Both the position numbers and the translations under genes were made by a program. A model generated the notes under the pieces. That model did no database searches and was not told the origin of the DNA. It was given only the letters and a program-made list of their open reading frames with translations. Of a stretch of 64,000 nucleotides of DNA, positions 8,406 to 17,088 are shown piece by piece. The first letter of the stretch is position 1. Every line of letters starts with the position of its first letter. The DNA is from Candidatus Binatia bacterium (GTDB lineage Bacteria > Desulfobacterota > Binatia > UBA9968 > JAJDTQ01). The stretch lies in the NCBI GenBank assembly GCA_963666515.2, contig OY762897.2:3808001-3872000 (forward strand). The letters run 5' to 3'.

Positions 8406-10505
8406 GTGGAATCGCTGCTGAGCGATATCGCATGGGAGACCATCTGGGTCTTTTACGAGGCCTCGATCTATCTCCTGGCCGGCTTCTTCGTCGCCGGACT
8501 CCTGCACGTCTACCTGCCGGCGAACGTCATCGCGAGGCACCTGGGCCGGAACGACGCGCGCTCGGTGGGCCTGGCGGCGCTTTTCGGCGCGCCGATCCCC
8601 CTGTGCTCGTGCGGCGTCCTGCCGGCGGCGGCGTCCCTGAAGCGGCAGGGGGCCGGGCGGGCGCCGCTGGTCTCGTTCCTGATCTCGACCCCCGAGACCG
8701 GGGTGGACTCCGTGGCGTTGACCTACGGGCTCATGGGCCCGGTCATGGCGGTGGTCCGTCCCGTGGTGGCGGTGGTGACCGCGCTGATCGCCGGCATCGC
8801 CTCCATGGGCGTCAGGGAGGACCCGGAAGGCGCGCCGCGGTCCGGCGCATCCTGTGACGACGCCTGTGCGGAGAGCGGAACGCCCGAAGATTCGCGCGAC
8901 GACGCCTGTGCGCCCGACAGTGCGCTGCCGCACGGCCGCCGCCGTTTCTTCCATTCCCTGGAATACGGCTTCAGCTCGGTGCTGGACGACATCGCGCTGT
9001 CGCTCGTGGTCGGCTTGGTGCTGACCGGCATCCTGGCCGGCCTTCTGCCCGACGGCTTCTTCACCGACGTGCTCGGGTGGGGCTCCGGTCTCATGCCGAT
9101 GCTGGCGATGATCGTGGTCGGCCTGCCGCTGTACACCTGCGCCAGCGCCTCCACCCCCATCGCCGCGGCGCTCATGGCCAAGGGTCTTTCCCCCGGTGCC
9201 GCGCTCGTCTTCCTGCTGGTGGGGCCGGCCACCAACCTGGCCACCATGACCGTGGTCGGACAGCTCCTGGGCCGCCGTCATCTCGGCGTCTACCTCGGCG
9301 CCATCGTGCTGGTGAGCCTGGCCGCGGGCCTGCTGGTGGACGCGACCGTGGCGGACTACATCCACGTGGCCCCCTTCGGCGACCTGGGGCAGGACGGCGA
9401 CGTCGTATTCGCCCTCAAGGCGCTGTCCGCGGTGGCCCTGGCGCTGCTGCTGCTGCGGAGCTTCCGGCGCAAGGGCATTGGCGCCACTTGGCGGGATGCC
9501 GCGACACAGCTCCGTCAGACCGGCCAGGCTCTCAGGGCCTTGCGCCCCGGCAACCTCCTCCAGGGACCGGTGCTCGCGGCTGCGCTTGTGATCGCGCTGC
9601 TCGCCGCCGTCCCCGCGTTCACGCTCATCGTCGGGCCGGGCCAGCGCGGCGTCGTCCAGCGGTTCGGCCGGGTGGTGGCCGCCGGTCTCGAACCCGGCCT
9701 GTACTTCCATCTGCCGCCGCCCTTCGGCAACGGAACCGCGGTGGACGTGGCGCTGGTCCGCCAGGTGGCGGTGGGCTTCCGGGGCGGCGTCAACGGCGCC
9801 CGGCCTGTGCTCGACGAGCAGGCGTTCTACCTCACCGCGGACGGCAACATCATCGACATGCGGGCCGTGGTCCAGTACCGCGTCCGGGATCCGGCGGTGT
9901 ACGCCCTGGGCGTCGAGGAGACCCCGGCGGTGGTGCTCGGGCTGGCCCGGCGCGAGCTGGTCAGCCTGTTGAGCCGCAAGCCCATCGACAGGATCTACAC
10001 CGTGGACCGGAGGGCCACGGAACGGGCGCTGCGCGACCGCCTGGCCAAGCGCCTTGCGGCCCTGGGAATCGGCAGCGAGGTCCTGGACGTGCGGCTGCTG
10101 GACGTGCACGCGCCGGCACGGGTCCACGACGCCTTCCGCGACGTCGCCAGCGCGCTGGAGGATCGCCAGCGCGACATCCACGTGGCCACCGGCGGGGCGA
10201 AGCAGTCCACCGCGGCGGCCGCGGGCGAGGCCGCGCGCATCACCGAGCGCGCCGAGGGACGCGCGGTGCGCGAGGTCAAGCGGGCCGAGGGACGCTCCGC
10301 CGCCTTCCGCGCCACCGCGGCGGTGCACGCCGCCAGCCCTGCGGTCACCGAAGCCCGCCTCTACCTGGAAACCCTGGAGGATTCCCTGGAGCTGCCGCGG
10401 AAGTACATCTACATGCCGGGGACGGGCGTGGACCTCTGGCTGGGCAGCCCGTCGGTGGATTTCATGAACCTCGGGGCTCCCCATCCTCGAAGCGGAGATC
10501 GATAG
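8406..10505 (+). CDS. DUF318/ArsP-type (SO_0444-like) permease fused to a C-terminal HflK-like SPFH domain
   Basis: N-terminal half: PIPLCSCGVLP, FLISTPETGVDS, LYTCASASTPIAA, GAALVFLLVGPATN. C-terminal half: VVQRFGRVV...PGLYFHLPPP, LTADGNIID, VHDAFRDVASA, TEARLYLETLE. One continuous frame. Confidence 0.85.
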   Translation: MESLLSDIAWETIWVFYEASIYLLAGFFVAGLLHVYLPANVIARHLGRNDARSVGLAALFGAPIPLCSCGVLPAAASLKRQGAGRAPLVSFLISTPETGVDSVALTYGLMGPVMAVVRPVVAVVTALIAGIASMGVREDPEGAPRSGASCDDACAESGTPEDSRDDACAPDSALPHGRRRFFHSLEYGFSSVLDDIALSLVVGLVLTGILAGLLPDGFFTDVLGWGSGLMPMLAMIVVGLPLYTCASASTPIAAALMAKGLSPGAALVFLLVGPATNLATMTVVGQLLGRRHLGVYLGAIVLVSLAAGLLVDATVADYIHVAPFGDLGQDGDVVFALKALSAVALALLLLRSFRRKGIGATWRDAATQLRQTGQALRALRPGNLLQGPVLAAALVIALLAAVPAFTLIVGPGQRGVVQRFGRVVAAGLEPGLYFHLPPPFGNGTAVDVALVRQVAVGFRGGVNGARPVLDEQAFYLTADGNIIDMRAVVQYRVRDPAVYALGVEETPAVVLGLARRELVSLLSRKPIDRIYTVDRRATERALRDRLAKRLAALGIGSEVLDVRLLDVHAPARVHDAFRDVASALEDRQRDIHVATGGAKQSTAAAAGEAARITERAEGRAVREVKRAEGRSAAFRATAAVHAASPAVTEARLYLETLEDSLELPRKYIYMPGTGVDLWLGSPSVDFMNLGAPHPRSGDR

Positions 10506-10506
10506 A

Positions 10507-11505
10507 ATGGCCAGACGCATTGCCGCGGTTCTCCTGCTGGCGCTGGTGGTGGTGGTCGCCGCCACTTCCTTCGTGGTGGTGGACGAGAGGAGCCACGCGG
10601 TCATCACCCAGTTCGGCAGGCCGGTCTCGGTGCTGAGCGACGCCGGCTTCTATCTCAAGCTGCCGGTGCCCTTCCAGCGCGCGCGTCTCCTCGACAAGCG
10701 CATCCTCATCACCAACACGCAGGAGACCGAGCTGCTGACCGCGGACAAGAAGAACGTGCTGGTCTCCACCTACATCTCCTGGAAGATCGCCGACCCGTTG
10801 CGGTACCTGGCGGCGCTGCGCACCCGGGAGTTCGCGGAGAACCGTCTGGCCGCGCTGGTGCAGTCGGAGTTGGGCAGCGCCCTGGGGGACCGGCCCTTCG
10901 GCACGATCCTCGGCGCCGGCGGCAACGGCGCCAGCCTGGCCGAGCTGGAAGGATCGGTGGCGGACGCCGTGGCCAAGGTGGCGCAGGAGGACCTGGGGAT
11001 CGAGGTGGTGAGCCTGGGCGTGACCCGCCTCATCTTCCCGCAGCAGAACCTCGACAGCGTGTTCGCGCGCATGCGGGCCGAGCGTGCGCGCATCGCCCGC
11101 GGCCATCGCTCGGAGGGACGCGCCGAGGCCCAGAAGATCGCCGCCCGGGCGGAGCGGGAAAGGGCGCGGATCATCGCCGACGCCGAGGCCGAGGCTGCCA
11201 AGCTGCGGGGCAGGGGCGAGGCGGAGGCGGCGCGCATCTACGCGGGGGCCTACGAGGGACACGGCGAGTTCTATCGCTTCCTGCGCACGCTGGAGGCCTA
11301 CAAGAAGGTCCTGAACGAGAAGACCACGCTGGTGCTGCCGGCGGACTCGCCGTTCCTGGATCTCTTGACGTCGCGGATTCCGAGCGCCGGAGCGGGACCG
11401 CGGCGGGACGGCCAGGCGCCGGAGCGGAAGGGGGAAGCGCCGGCTCGGGCCGGCGCCTCCCACGATGCCAAGCCGGGCGAGAGCGGGCGCGACACGGGCT
11501 CATGA
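10507..11505 (+). CDS. hflC: HflC-like SPFH protein
   Basis: ITQFGRP, LLTADKKN, VFARMRAER and FYRFLRTLEAY motifs; starts 1 nt after the previous stop. Confidence 0.85.
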   Translation: MARRIAAVLLLALVVVVAATSFVVVDERSHAVITQFGRPVSVLSDAGFYLKLPVPFQRARLLDKRILITNTQETELLTADKKNVLVSTYISWKIADPLRYLAALRTREFAENRLAALVQSELGSALGDRPFGTILGAGGNGASLAELEGSVADAVAKVAQEDLGIEVVSLGVTRLIFPQQNLDSVFARMRAERARIARGHRSEGRAEAQKIAARAERERARIIADAEAEAAKLRGRGEAEAARIYAGAYEGHGEFYRFLRTLEAYKKVLNEKTTLVLPADSPFLDLLTSRIPSAGAGPRRDGQAPERKGEAPARAGASHDAKPGESGRDTGS

Positions 11506-12398
11506 GCGGACGGCGGCGATACTGGACGCTGCTCTCGGGCGCGGTCCTTTTGGCGGGCTACCTGGGGCTCGGGGTCTACAACGTCGAATCCGACGAGAGC
11601 GCGGTGGCCTACGTGCTCGGCCGGGCGGTGGGCCGCGACGTGCTTCCGGGAATACACTGGAACCCGCCGTGGCCGTGGGGTCGGGTGGCGGTCGCCCGGA
11701 CCGCGACCAACTTCATCATGCCGGTGGAGCACTCCGATCCCGGAGGAACCGAGGAGTCCCTCTGGCTGCTGGGCGACACCAACGTCATCGTCGGCAGGCT
11801 GGGCATCCAGTACAGCATCCGCAGCCTGACCCGGTTCGAGGTCTCTCACGAAGACCCGCGCGAGCTGCTGCGCCGGGCCGGCCGCCGGATCGTGACGCGG
11901 TTCCTGGCCGGCGAGAACGTGGACGCCGCGCTCACCACCCGCAGGAGCGACCTGCTGACCGCGGTGCAGCGGCAGGTCCAGTCGATACTCGACGGCCACG
12001 GCACAGGCATCGAGATCCAGTCGGTGAACATCCAGGCGCTGGCGCCGCCCGAGCAGGGCGGCGTGCGCCAAGCCTTTCAGGAGGTCCAGAGCGCCCTGGC
12101 GGACCGGGAGCGGGTGGTGGAGGAGGCCCGCGCCGACCGCGCCCAGATCCTCGCGGAGGCGGAGGGGGAAGCGGAGCACCGCGTGAACCAGGCCGAGGCG
12201 GCGCGCCACCGGCGCGTGGAGATCGCCAAGGGCGAAGGCGAGCGCTTCCGCGGTCTGGCGCTGGAGCACCGCAGGACCCCCAAGCTCACCGAAGAACGGC
12301 TCTACCTCGAAGCCATCGAAGAGATCCTGCCGCGCATGGAAACTTACGTCGTCCAGTCGGGACCGGACGGCAAGGTCAACCTGCGCGTGGTCCGGTGA
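11502..12398 (+). CDS. hflK: HflK-like SPFH protein
   Basis: PGIHWNPPWP, LLGDTNVI, AFQEVQSA and TEERLYLEAIEEIL motifs; ATGA overlap with hflC. Confidence 0.8.
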   Translation: MSGRRRYWTLLSGAVLLAGYLGLGVYNVESDESAVAYVLGRAVGRDVLPGIHWNPPWPWGRVAVARTATNFIMPVEHSDPGGTEESLWLLGDTNVIVGRLGIQYSIRSLTRFEVSHEDPRELLRRAGRRIVTRFLAGENVDAALTTRRSDLLTAVQRQVQSILDGHGTGIEIQSVNIQALAPPEQGGVRQAFQEVQSALADRERVVEEARADRAQILAEAEGEAEHRVNQAEAARHRRVEIAKGEGERFRGLALEHRRTPKLTEERLYLEAIEEILPRMETYVVQSGPDGKVNLRVVR

Positions 12399-12422
12399 GG
12401 CGCGAAGGGCCGGTTCCCCGCC

Positions 12423-12467
12423 TTGACAACCCGATGTACTGAGAATAGGATATCATTATCTATTCTC
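12423..12467 (+). promoter_or_regulatory. Sigma70 promoter overlapped by a Fur/Zur-like inverted repeat
   Basis: TTGACA (12423-28), 17-bp spacer, TAGGAT (12446-51); perfect IR GAGAATAG-N11-CTATTCTC enclosing GATATCATTATC. Confidence 0.7.
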
Positions 12468-12488
12468 GTTCGAGGGGGGTCGTATAAA

Positions 12489-13730
12489 ATGAAGAGACTG
12501 ACAGGTTCTTTCCTTGCGATCGTTGCGGGCCTTTGGATCGGTATTCACCCGGCGCTCGGCAGCGAGTCGAAGGTGGGCGTGGTAGCCAGCATCCTGCCCG
12601 TCGCCTATGTCGCCCAGGAGTTGGGAGGCGAGCGCGCCCAGGTCGACGTGCTGGTGCCGCCGGGCGCGAGCCCCCACACTTTCGAACCGGTACCGAGCGA
12701 CATGGTCAAGCTGCAACGCGCCCGCCTGTTCCTGAAGGTCGGCGCCGGCCTGGACGCATGGTCCGACAGGCTCCGGGGCGCGGGTTCCGGCGAGCTCGAG
12801 AGGGTAACCCTCATCTCCGTGCCGGGATTGAAGCCCCTCGAGGGCGGCCATGATCACCATGATCACGGCCACGGGAAGAAGCACGACGACCACGGCCACG
12901 ACCAGGAGAAGAAGGCGGAGAAACACGACGACCACGGCCACGACGAGAAACATGCGAAGAAGGACGATCACCACGGCCATGACCATGGTGAAAAGAAGGC
13001 GAAGAAGCATGACGATCATGGCCACGAGGAAAAGCACGCGAAACACGATGACCACGGTCACGACGAGAAGAAAGCCGAGAAACACCACGACCACGGCCAT
13101 GACGAGAAACATGCGAAGAAGCATGATGACCACGGCCACGACGAGAAGAAAGCCGAGAAGCACGACGACCATGGCCACGAGAAGCATGCCGAGGAGTCGG
13201 GTGAGGGAATGGACCCCCACTTCTGGCTGGACCCGATACGGGTCAGGGACGCGGTGGTTCCGGTGATCGTGGAACATCTCATCGAAGCGGATCCGGCGGG
13301 CAAGGAATACTACGAGAAGCGCGGCCAGGACTTCCATAAGCGGTTGACGGCGCTGGATGTCCAGGTCCGGCGGGAGCTTGCCAAGGCCAAGGGCCGGAAG
13401 TACGTCGCCTTTCACAACGCTTGGGTCTACTTTTCCGAGCGGTACAACGTCGAGGAAGTGGCGGTGGTCCAGGAGTTCGCGGGTGAGGAGCCGACCCCCA
13501 GGGAGGTGGCCGCGCTGGTGCAAGGCGCGCGTGAGGCCGGGATCCGGAACATCCTGGTGGAGCCGCAGTTCAGTCCGCGGGTGGCCCAGACCATCGCAAG
13601 CGAGTTCGGCGGCGGCACGGTGATGGTGGACCCGTTGGGGGACTCCGGCGATCCGGCGCGTTCCAGCTACGAGAAGCTGATGCTGTTCAACGCGCGCGCC
13701 TTCGCGCAGGCGTTGGGGGGCAAGAATTGA
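12489..13730 (+). CDS. znuA: Zn/Mn ABC transporter substrate-binding protein with very long His-rich loop
   Basis: VPPGASPHTFEP, DPHFWLDP, AFHNAWVYF and GEEPTP motifs; signal peptide. Confidence 0.88.
   Translation: MKRLTGSFLAIVAGLWIGIHPALGSESKVGVVASILPVAYVAQELGGERAQVDVLVPPGASPHTFEPVPSDMVKLQRARLFLKVGAGLDAWSDRLRGAGSGELERVTLISVPGLKPLEGGHDHHDHGHGKKHDDHGHDQEKKAEKHDDHGHDEKHAKKDDHHGHDHGEKKAKKHDDHGHEEKHAKHDDHGHDEKKAEKHHDHGHDEKHAKKHDDHGHDEKKAEKHDDHGHEKHAEESGEGMDPHFWLDPIRVRDAVVPVIVEHLIEADPAGKEYYEKRGQDFHKRLTALDVQVRRELAKAKGRKYVAFHNAWVYFSERYNVEEVAVVQEFAGEEPTPREVAALVQGAREAGIRNILVEPQFSPRVAQTIASEFGGGTVMVDPLGDSGDPARSSYEKLMLFNARAFAQALGGKN
12849..13187 (+). repeat. Intragenic tandem repeat encoding HDDHGH-DEK(K/H)A(E/K)K units
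   Basis: About 9 His-rich units; about 35 His in about 113 aa (manual count). Confidence 0.9.
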
Positions 13731-14515
13731 CCGAACGCAACGAACCGGTCGTGGTGGGGCTGAACGGCGTGTCGGTGGAGTTGGGCGGCCGCAGCGTCCT
13801 GCACGACATCAACTTCAACGTGCACGAAGGCGGGTTCGTGGGCATCGTGGGCCCCAACGGAGCCGGCAAGACCACGCTCCTGCGCACGATCCTCGGCCTC
13901 GTGCCCGTGGTGAGCGGCCGGGTGGAAGTGTTCGGCTTCCCGCCCGGCCGCAACGGCTCCCACGCCATCGGCTACGTGCCGCAGCGCCAGAGCATCGCCG
14001 ACAACTTCCCGGCCACGGTCGGTGACGTGGTGATGATGGGGCGGCTGCGGCACCTGGGGCTCATGAGGTTCCCCGGCCGGGAGGACTGGCAGCGGGTGGA
14101 CGACAGCCTGGCGCTCGTGGGCATGCGGGACCGCAGGGACCGCGCCGTGGGACGCCTGTCCGGCGGCGAGCAGCGCCGGATCATGCTGGCGCAGGCGCTG
14201 TGCGCCAGCACCCGCCTGCTGGTGCTCGACGAGCCCACGGTGGGGCTCGACCTCCCCGCGGAGCACGAGTTCTACGCGCTGCTGCGGAAGCTCATCCGCG
14301 ATCTGACCCTGACCATCGTGGCGGTGTCCCACGACCTGGTGGCGCTGGCCGGCGAGACCGACGAGCTGATCTGCATCAACCACCGCATGCACATCCACGG
14401 CAACGCCGAGGAGGTGATCCACAGCCACGCCATCCGCGAGGCCTACTGCTGCGAGTTCGACTTCCTGGCCGGCGAGATCGCCCACCACGAGAGCCACGAC
14501 CACGTCGAGTCCTGA
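13727..14515 (+). CDS. znuC: Metal ABC transporter ATP-binding protein
   Basis: GPNGAGKTT, IGYVPQR, LSGGEQRR, LVLDEPT; His/Cys-rich C-terminal tail; TTG start overlaps znuA stop. Confidence 0.88.
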   Translation: MTERNEPVVVGLNGVSVELGGRSVLHDINFNVHEGGFVGIVGPNGAGKTTLLRTILGLVPVVSGRVEVFGFPPGRNGSHAIGYVPQRQSIADNFPATVGDVVMMGRLRHLGLMRFPGREDWQRVDDSLALVGMRDRRDRAVGRLSGGEQRRIMLAQALCASTRLLVLDEPTVGLDLPAEHEFYALLRKLIRDLTLTIVAVSHDLVALAGETDELICINHRMHIHGNAEEVIHSHAIREAYCCEFDFLAGEIAHHESHDHVES

Positions 14516-14563
14516 CGACCGGCGCCTCCATCACGGGTTGAACGTCCTCCCATAGCGTCCCTC

Positions 14564-15364
14564 ATGTTCGAATTTGCCTTCATGCAGCGCGCCCTGGCGG
14601 CGGCGGTCCTGGTGGGCCTGCTGTGCGGTATCCTGGGCTTCTTCGTGGTCCTGCGGCGCCTGGCGTTCATCGGCGTGGGCATTTCCCACTCGGCCATCGG
14701 CGGCGTCGCCATCGGCATCCTGGCGGGCTGGAACCCGCTCGTGACCGGCGCCGTTTTCGCGGTCTCCGTGGCGCTGGGCATCGCGCTGGTCAGCCAGAGC
14801 GGCCGCGTCAGCGAAGACACCGTGATCGGCGTGTTCTTCTCGGGGTCGATGGCGCTGGGGATCGTGCTCTTCAGCATGAAGAGCGGCTACCAGCAGGATC
14901 TCTTCAGCTACCTCTTCGGCAACGTGCTGGCCATCTCCACCGCCGAGCTCGTTGCCCTTTCCTGCGCGAGCGCGGTGATCATGGCGGTCATCGTCCTGAC
15001 CTTCAAGGAGCACCTGCTGATCGCGTTCGACGAGGAAGTGGCCTCGGCCTACGGCCACAAGGTCGTCGCGCTCAACGTGCTGCTGCTGGTGATGCTGGCC
15101 CTGACCGTGGTCATCGGCGTGCGGCTGGTGGGCCTGCTGCTCATCCAGGCTCTGCTGGTGGTGCCGGCGGCCATCGCGGCGCTGTGCGTGATGAACTTTC
15201 GCTGGCAGGTGCTGCTGTCTGCGCTGGTGGGGTCCGTCTCCGGCGTCGCCGGCCTGGTGCTGGCCTATCAACTGGACATCGCCGCCGGCGGAGCCATCGT
15301 GCTGGTGGCCGTGGCGCTCTTCTTCGTCACCCTGGTGGCCCGCCTGCTGGGCAGCCGCGGGTAG
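14564..15364 (+). CDS. znuB: Metal ABC transporter permease
   Basis: FMQRAL, GISHSAIGG, LFSYLFGNVL and FDEEVA motifs. Confidence 0.88.
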   Translation: MFEFAFMQRALAAAVLVGLLCGILGFFVVLRRLAFIGVGISHSAIGGVAIGILAGWNPLVTGAVFAVSVALGIALVSQSGRVSEDTVIGVFFSGSMALGIVLFSMKSGYQQDLFSYLFGNVLAISTAELVALSCASAVIMAVIVLTFKEHLLIAFDEEVASAYGHKVVALNVLLLVMLALTVVIGVRLVGLLLIQALLVVPAAIAALCVMNFRWQVLLSALVGSVSGVAGLVLAYQLDIAAGGAIVLVAVALFFVTLVARLLGSRG

Positions 15365-15434
15365 GGAACCGCGACGTCTGCCCGCACCCCGCGGCATCCA
15401 CCCGTACCCCTTTCGTCATTCTCGCTCCCCTTCC

Positions 15435-15460
15435 GTCATTCCGGCGAAAGCCGGAATCCA
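15435..15460. repeat. REP-like palindrome family B (single arm)
   Basis: GTCATTCCGGCGAAAGCCGGAATCCA between convergent znuB genes. Confidence 0.8.
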
Positions 15461-15478
15461 GGGGTGGCGGAGGGGTGC

Positions 15479-16285
15479 TTACGAGGCGCCGGAGCCTGCC
15501 TTCACCGGGAAACGCAGCCGCGTCACCACGAACAACGCCAGCGCCGCGGTCACGATGGAGGGACCCGATGGCGTATCCAGCGTCGCCGAGGCCAGCAGCC
15601 CGCCGGCGATGGCGAGAATCCCCGCCGCGGCCGCGCCGACGGCCATCTTCTCGGGACTCGAGGCAAAGCGCCGGACCGTCGCTGGCGGTATCACCAGCAA
15701 CGCCACCACCAGCAGGATCCCGACGATCTTCACCGCCACCGATATGAGCGCCGCCACCAGGATGCCGAACACCAGCCGCGCGCGTTCCGGCCGGAGTCGC
15801 GCCACCGTGGCGAGATCGACGCTCACGGTGGCCGCCAGGAGCGGGCGCCAGATCCACCACAGCACCCCCAGGACGCAGGCGCCGCCCGCCCAGATGACAG
15901 CGAGGTCCGTTTGCGTCACCGCCAGGATGTCGCCGAAGAGCAGCGCGTGCAGGTCGACTCGCATGTCCGGGAAGAAGGCCAGGACCACCAGGCCCAGCGA
16001 AAGCCCTCCGTGGGCGAGCAGGCCGAGTAAGGTGTCGGTGGGCAGGGTGTCGCTACGCTCGAGAAAGAACATGATCAGCACCACGGAGGAGGCCGTGGCG
16101 AAGATGCCAATGGAAATGTCGATGTCCAGCACGATGGCCACCGCGACCCCCAGCAGGGCCGAGTGGGCGATGGTCTCGCCGAAGTAGGCCAGTCGCCGCC
16201 AGACCACGAAGCACCCCGCCGGACCGGTGACCAGCGCCAGTCCCACACCGGCCAGCAGCGCGCGCATGAAGAAGTCGTCCAGCAT
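15479..16285 (-). CDS. znuB: Second zinc ABC transporter permease
   Basis: MLDDFFMRALLAG, VVWRRLAYFGETIAHSALLG and LLFGDILAV motifs. Confidence 0.9.
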   Translation of the reverse strand: MLDDFFMRALLAGVGLALVTGPAGCFVVWRRLAYFGETIAHSALLGVAVAIVLDIDISIGIFATASSVVLIMFFLERSDTLPTDTLLGLLAHGGLSLGLVVLAFFPDMRVDLHALLFGDILAVTQTDLAVIWAGGACVLGVLWWIWRPLLAATVSVDLATVARLRPERARLVFGILVAALISVAVKIVGILLVVALLVIPPATVRRFASSPEKMAVGAAAAGILAIAGGLLASATLDTPSGPSIVTAALALFVVTRLRFPVKAGSGAS

Positions 16286-16288
16286 GGA

Positions 16289-16987
16289 TCAATACCGGGA
16301 GTCGTCCTCGTCGCTCTCCGCCAACGACCGGAAGGCTTCGATGCCGAAGGGCGGGTCGTCATGTTCGTGCGGCACCAGGACCACGAGGTCGTCGCCCGTG
16401 TTCATGGCCTTCTGGAGGTCGTGGGAGATGATCAGGACGCCGCAGCCGAGGTCGCGGCGGATCCCTTCGAGCAGCTCCTGCAAGACGTCCGTGCCGCTGG
16501 CGTCGACGCCCTGTTCGGGTTCGTCAAGCACCAGCAGGTCGGGCCGGTGGATGAGCGCCCGCGCCAGCAGCAACCGCTGGAACTCGCCCCCCGACAGGGT
16601 GGTGACCGGCGGGTCGCCGAGCCGTTCGAGACCCACGGCAGCGAGGGCGGCATCGATCCGGGCGGGAGCGAAACGGCCGGTCAGAGTCATCAGGCGGCGC
16701 AGGGTCAACGGCAGGGTCGGGGTCACCGTCAGTCTCTGCGGGACATAGCCCACGTGCAGAGACGGCGCCCGCTCCACCTGACCCTCGGTGAGGTCGATCA
16801 AGCCGAGCACGGCCTTGACGCAGGTGGACTTGCCGGCGCCGTTGGCGCCGATGAGGTAGACCATGTCGCCGCGGGCCACCTTGAGGTCCACGTGGCGGAA
16901 GATCCAGCGCTCGCCCCGCCGCACGCCGATGTCGCGGGCGTCGACGAGCCTGTCGGGTGCGGCATGCGGTGTGCCGGGGGTGTCCAT
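16289..16987 (-). CDS. znuC: Second zinc ABC transporter ATP-binding protein
   Basis: GANGAGKST, VGYVPQR, LSGGEFQR, LLVLDEP. Confidence 0.88.
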   Translation of the reverse strand: MDTPGTPHAAPDRLVDARDIGVRRGERWIFRHVDLKVARGDMVYLIGANGAGKSTCVKAVLGLIDLTEGQVERAPSLHVGYVPQRLTVTPTLPLTLRRLMTLTGRFAPARIDAALAAVGLERLGDPPVTTLSGGEFQRLLLARALIHRPDLLVLDEPEQGVDASGTDVLQELLEGIRRDLGCGVLIISHDLQKAMNTGDDLVVLVPHEHDDPPFGIEAFRSLAESDEDDSRY

Positions 16988-17088
16988 CAGCGCGCGCGGG
17001 AGCTTGGGGCAATCGATCGCACTTGATCGCTTGAAGCGTTCCGGTTAGTTTCTCGCAAAAATCCAACCCGCGCTCAAGGGGCGACGTC

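Noticed and set aside
12849-13187. Possible CRISPR array or non-coding repeat (also 36243-36484)
   Set aside because: The repeats are in-frame coding units with synonymous variation, no unique spacers and no cas genes
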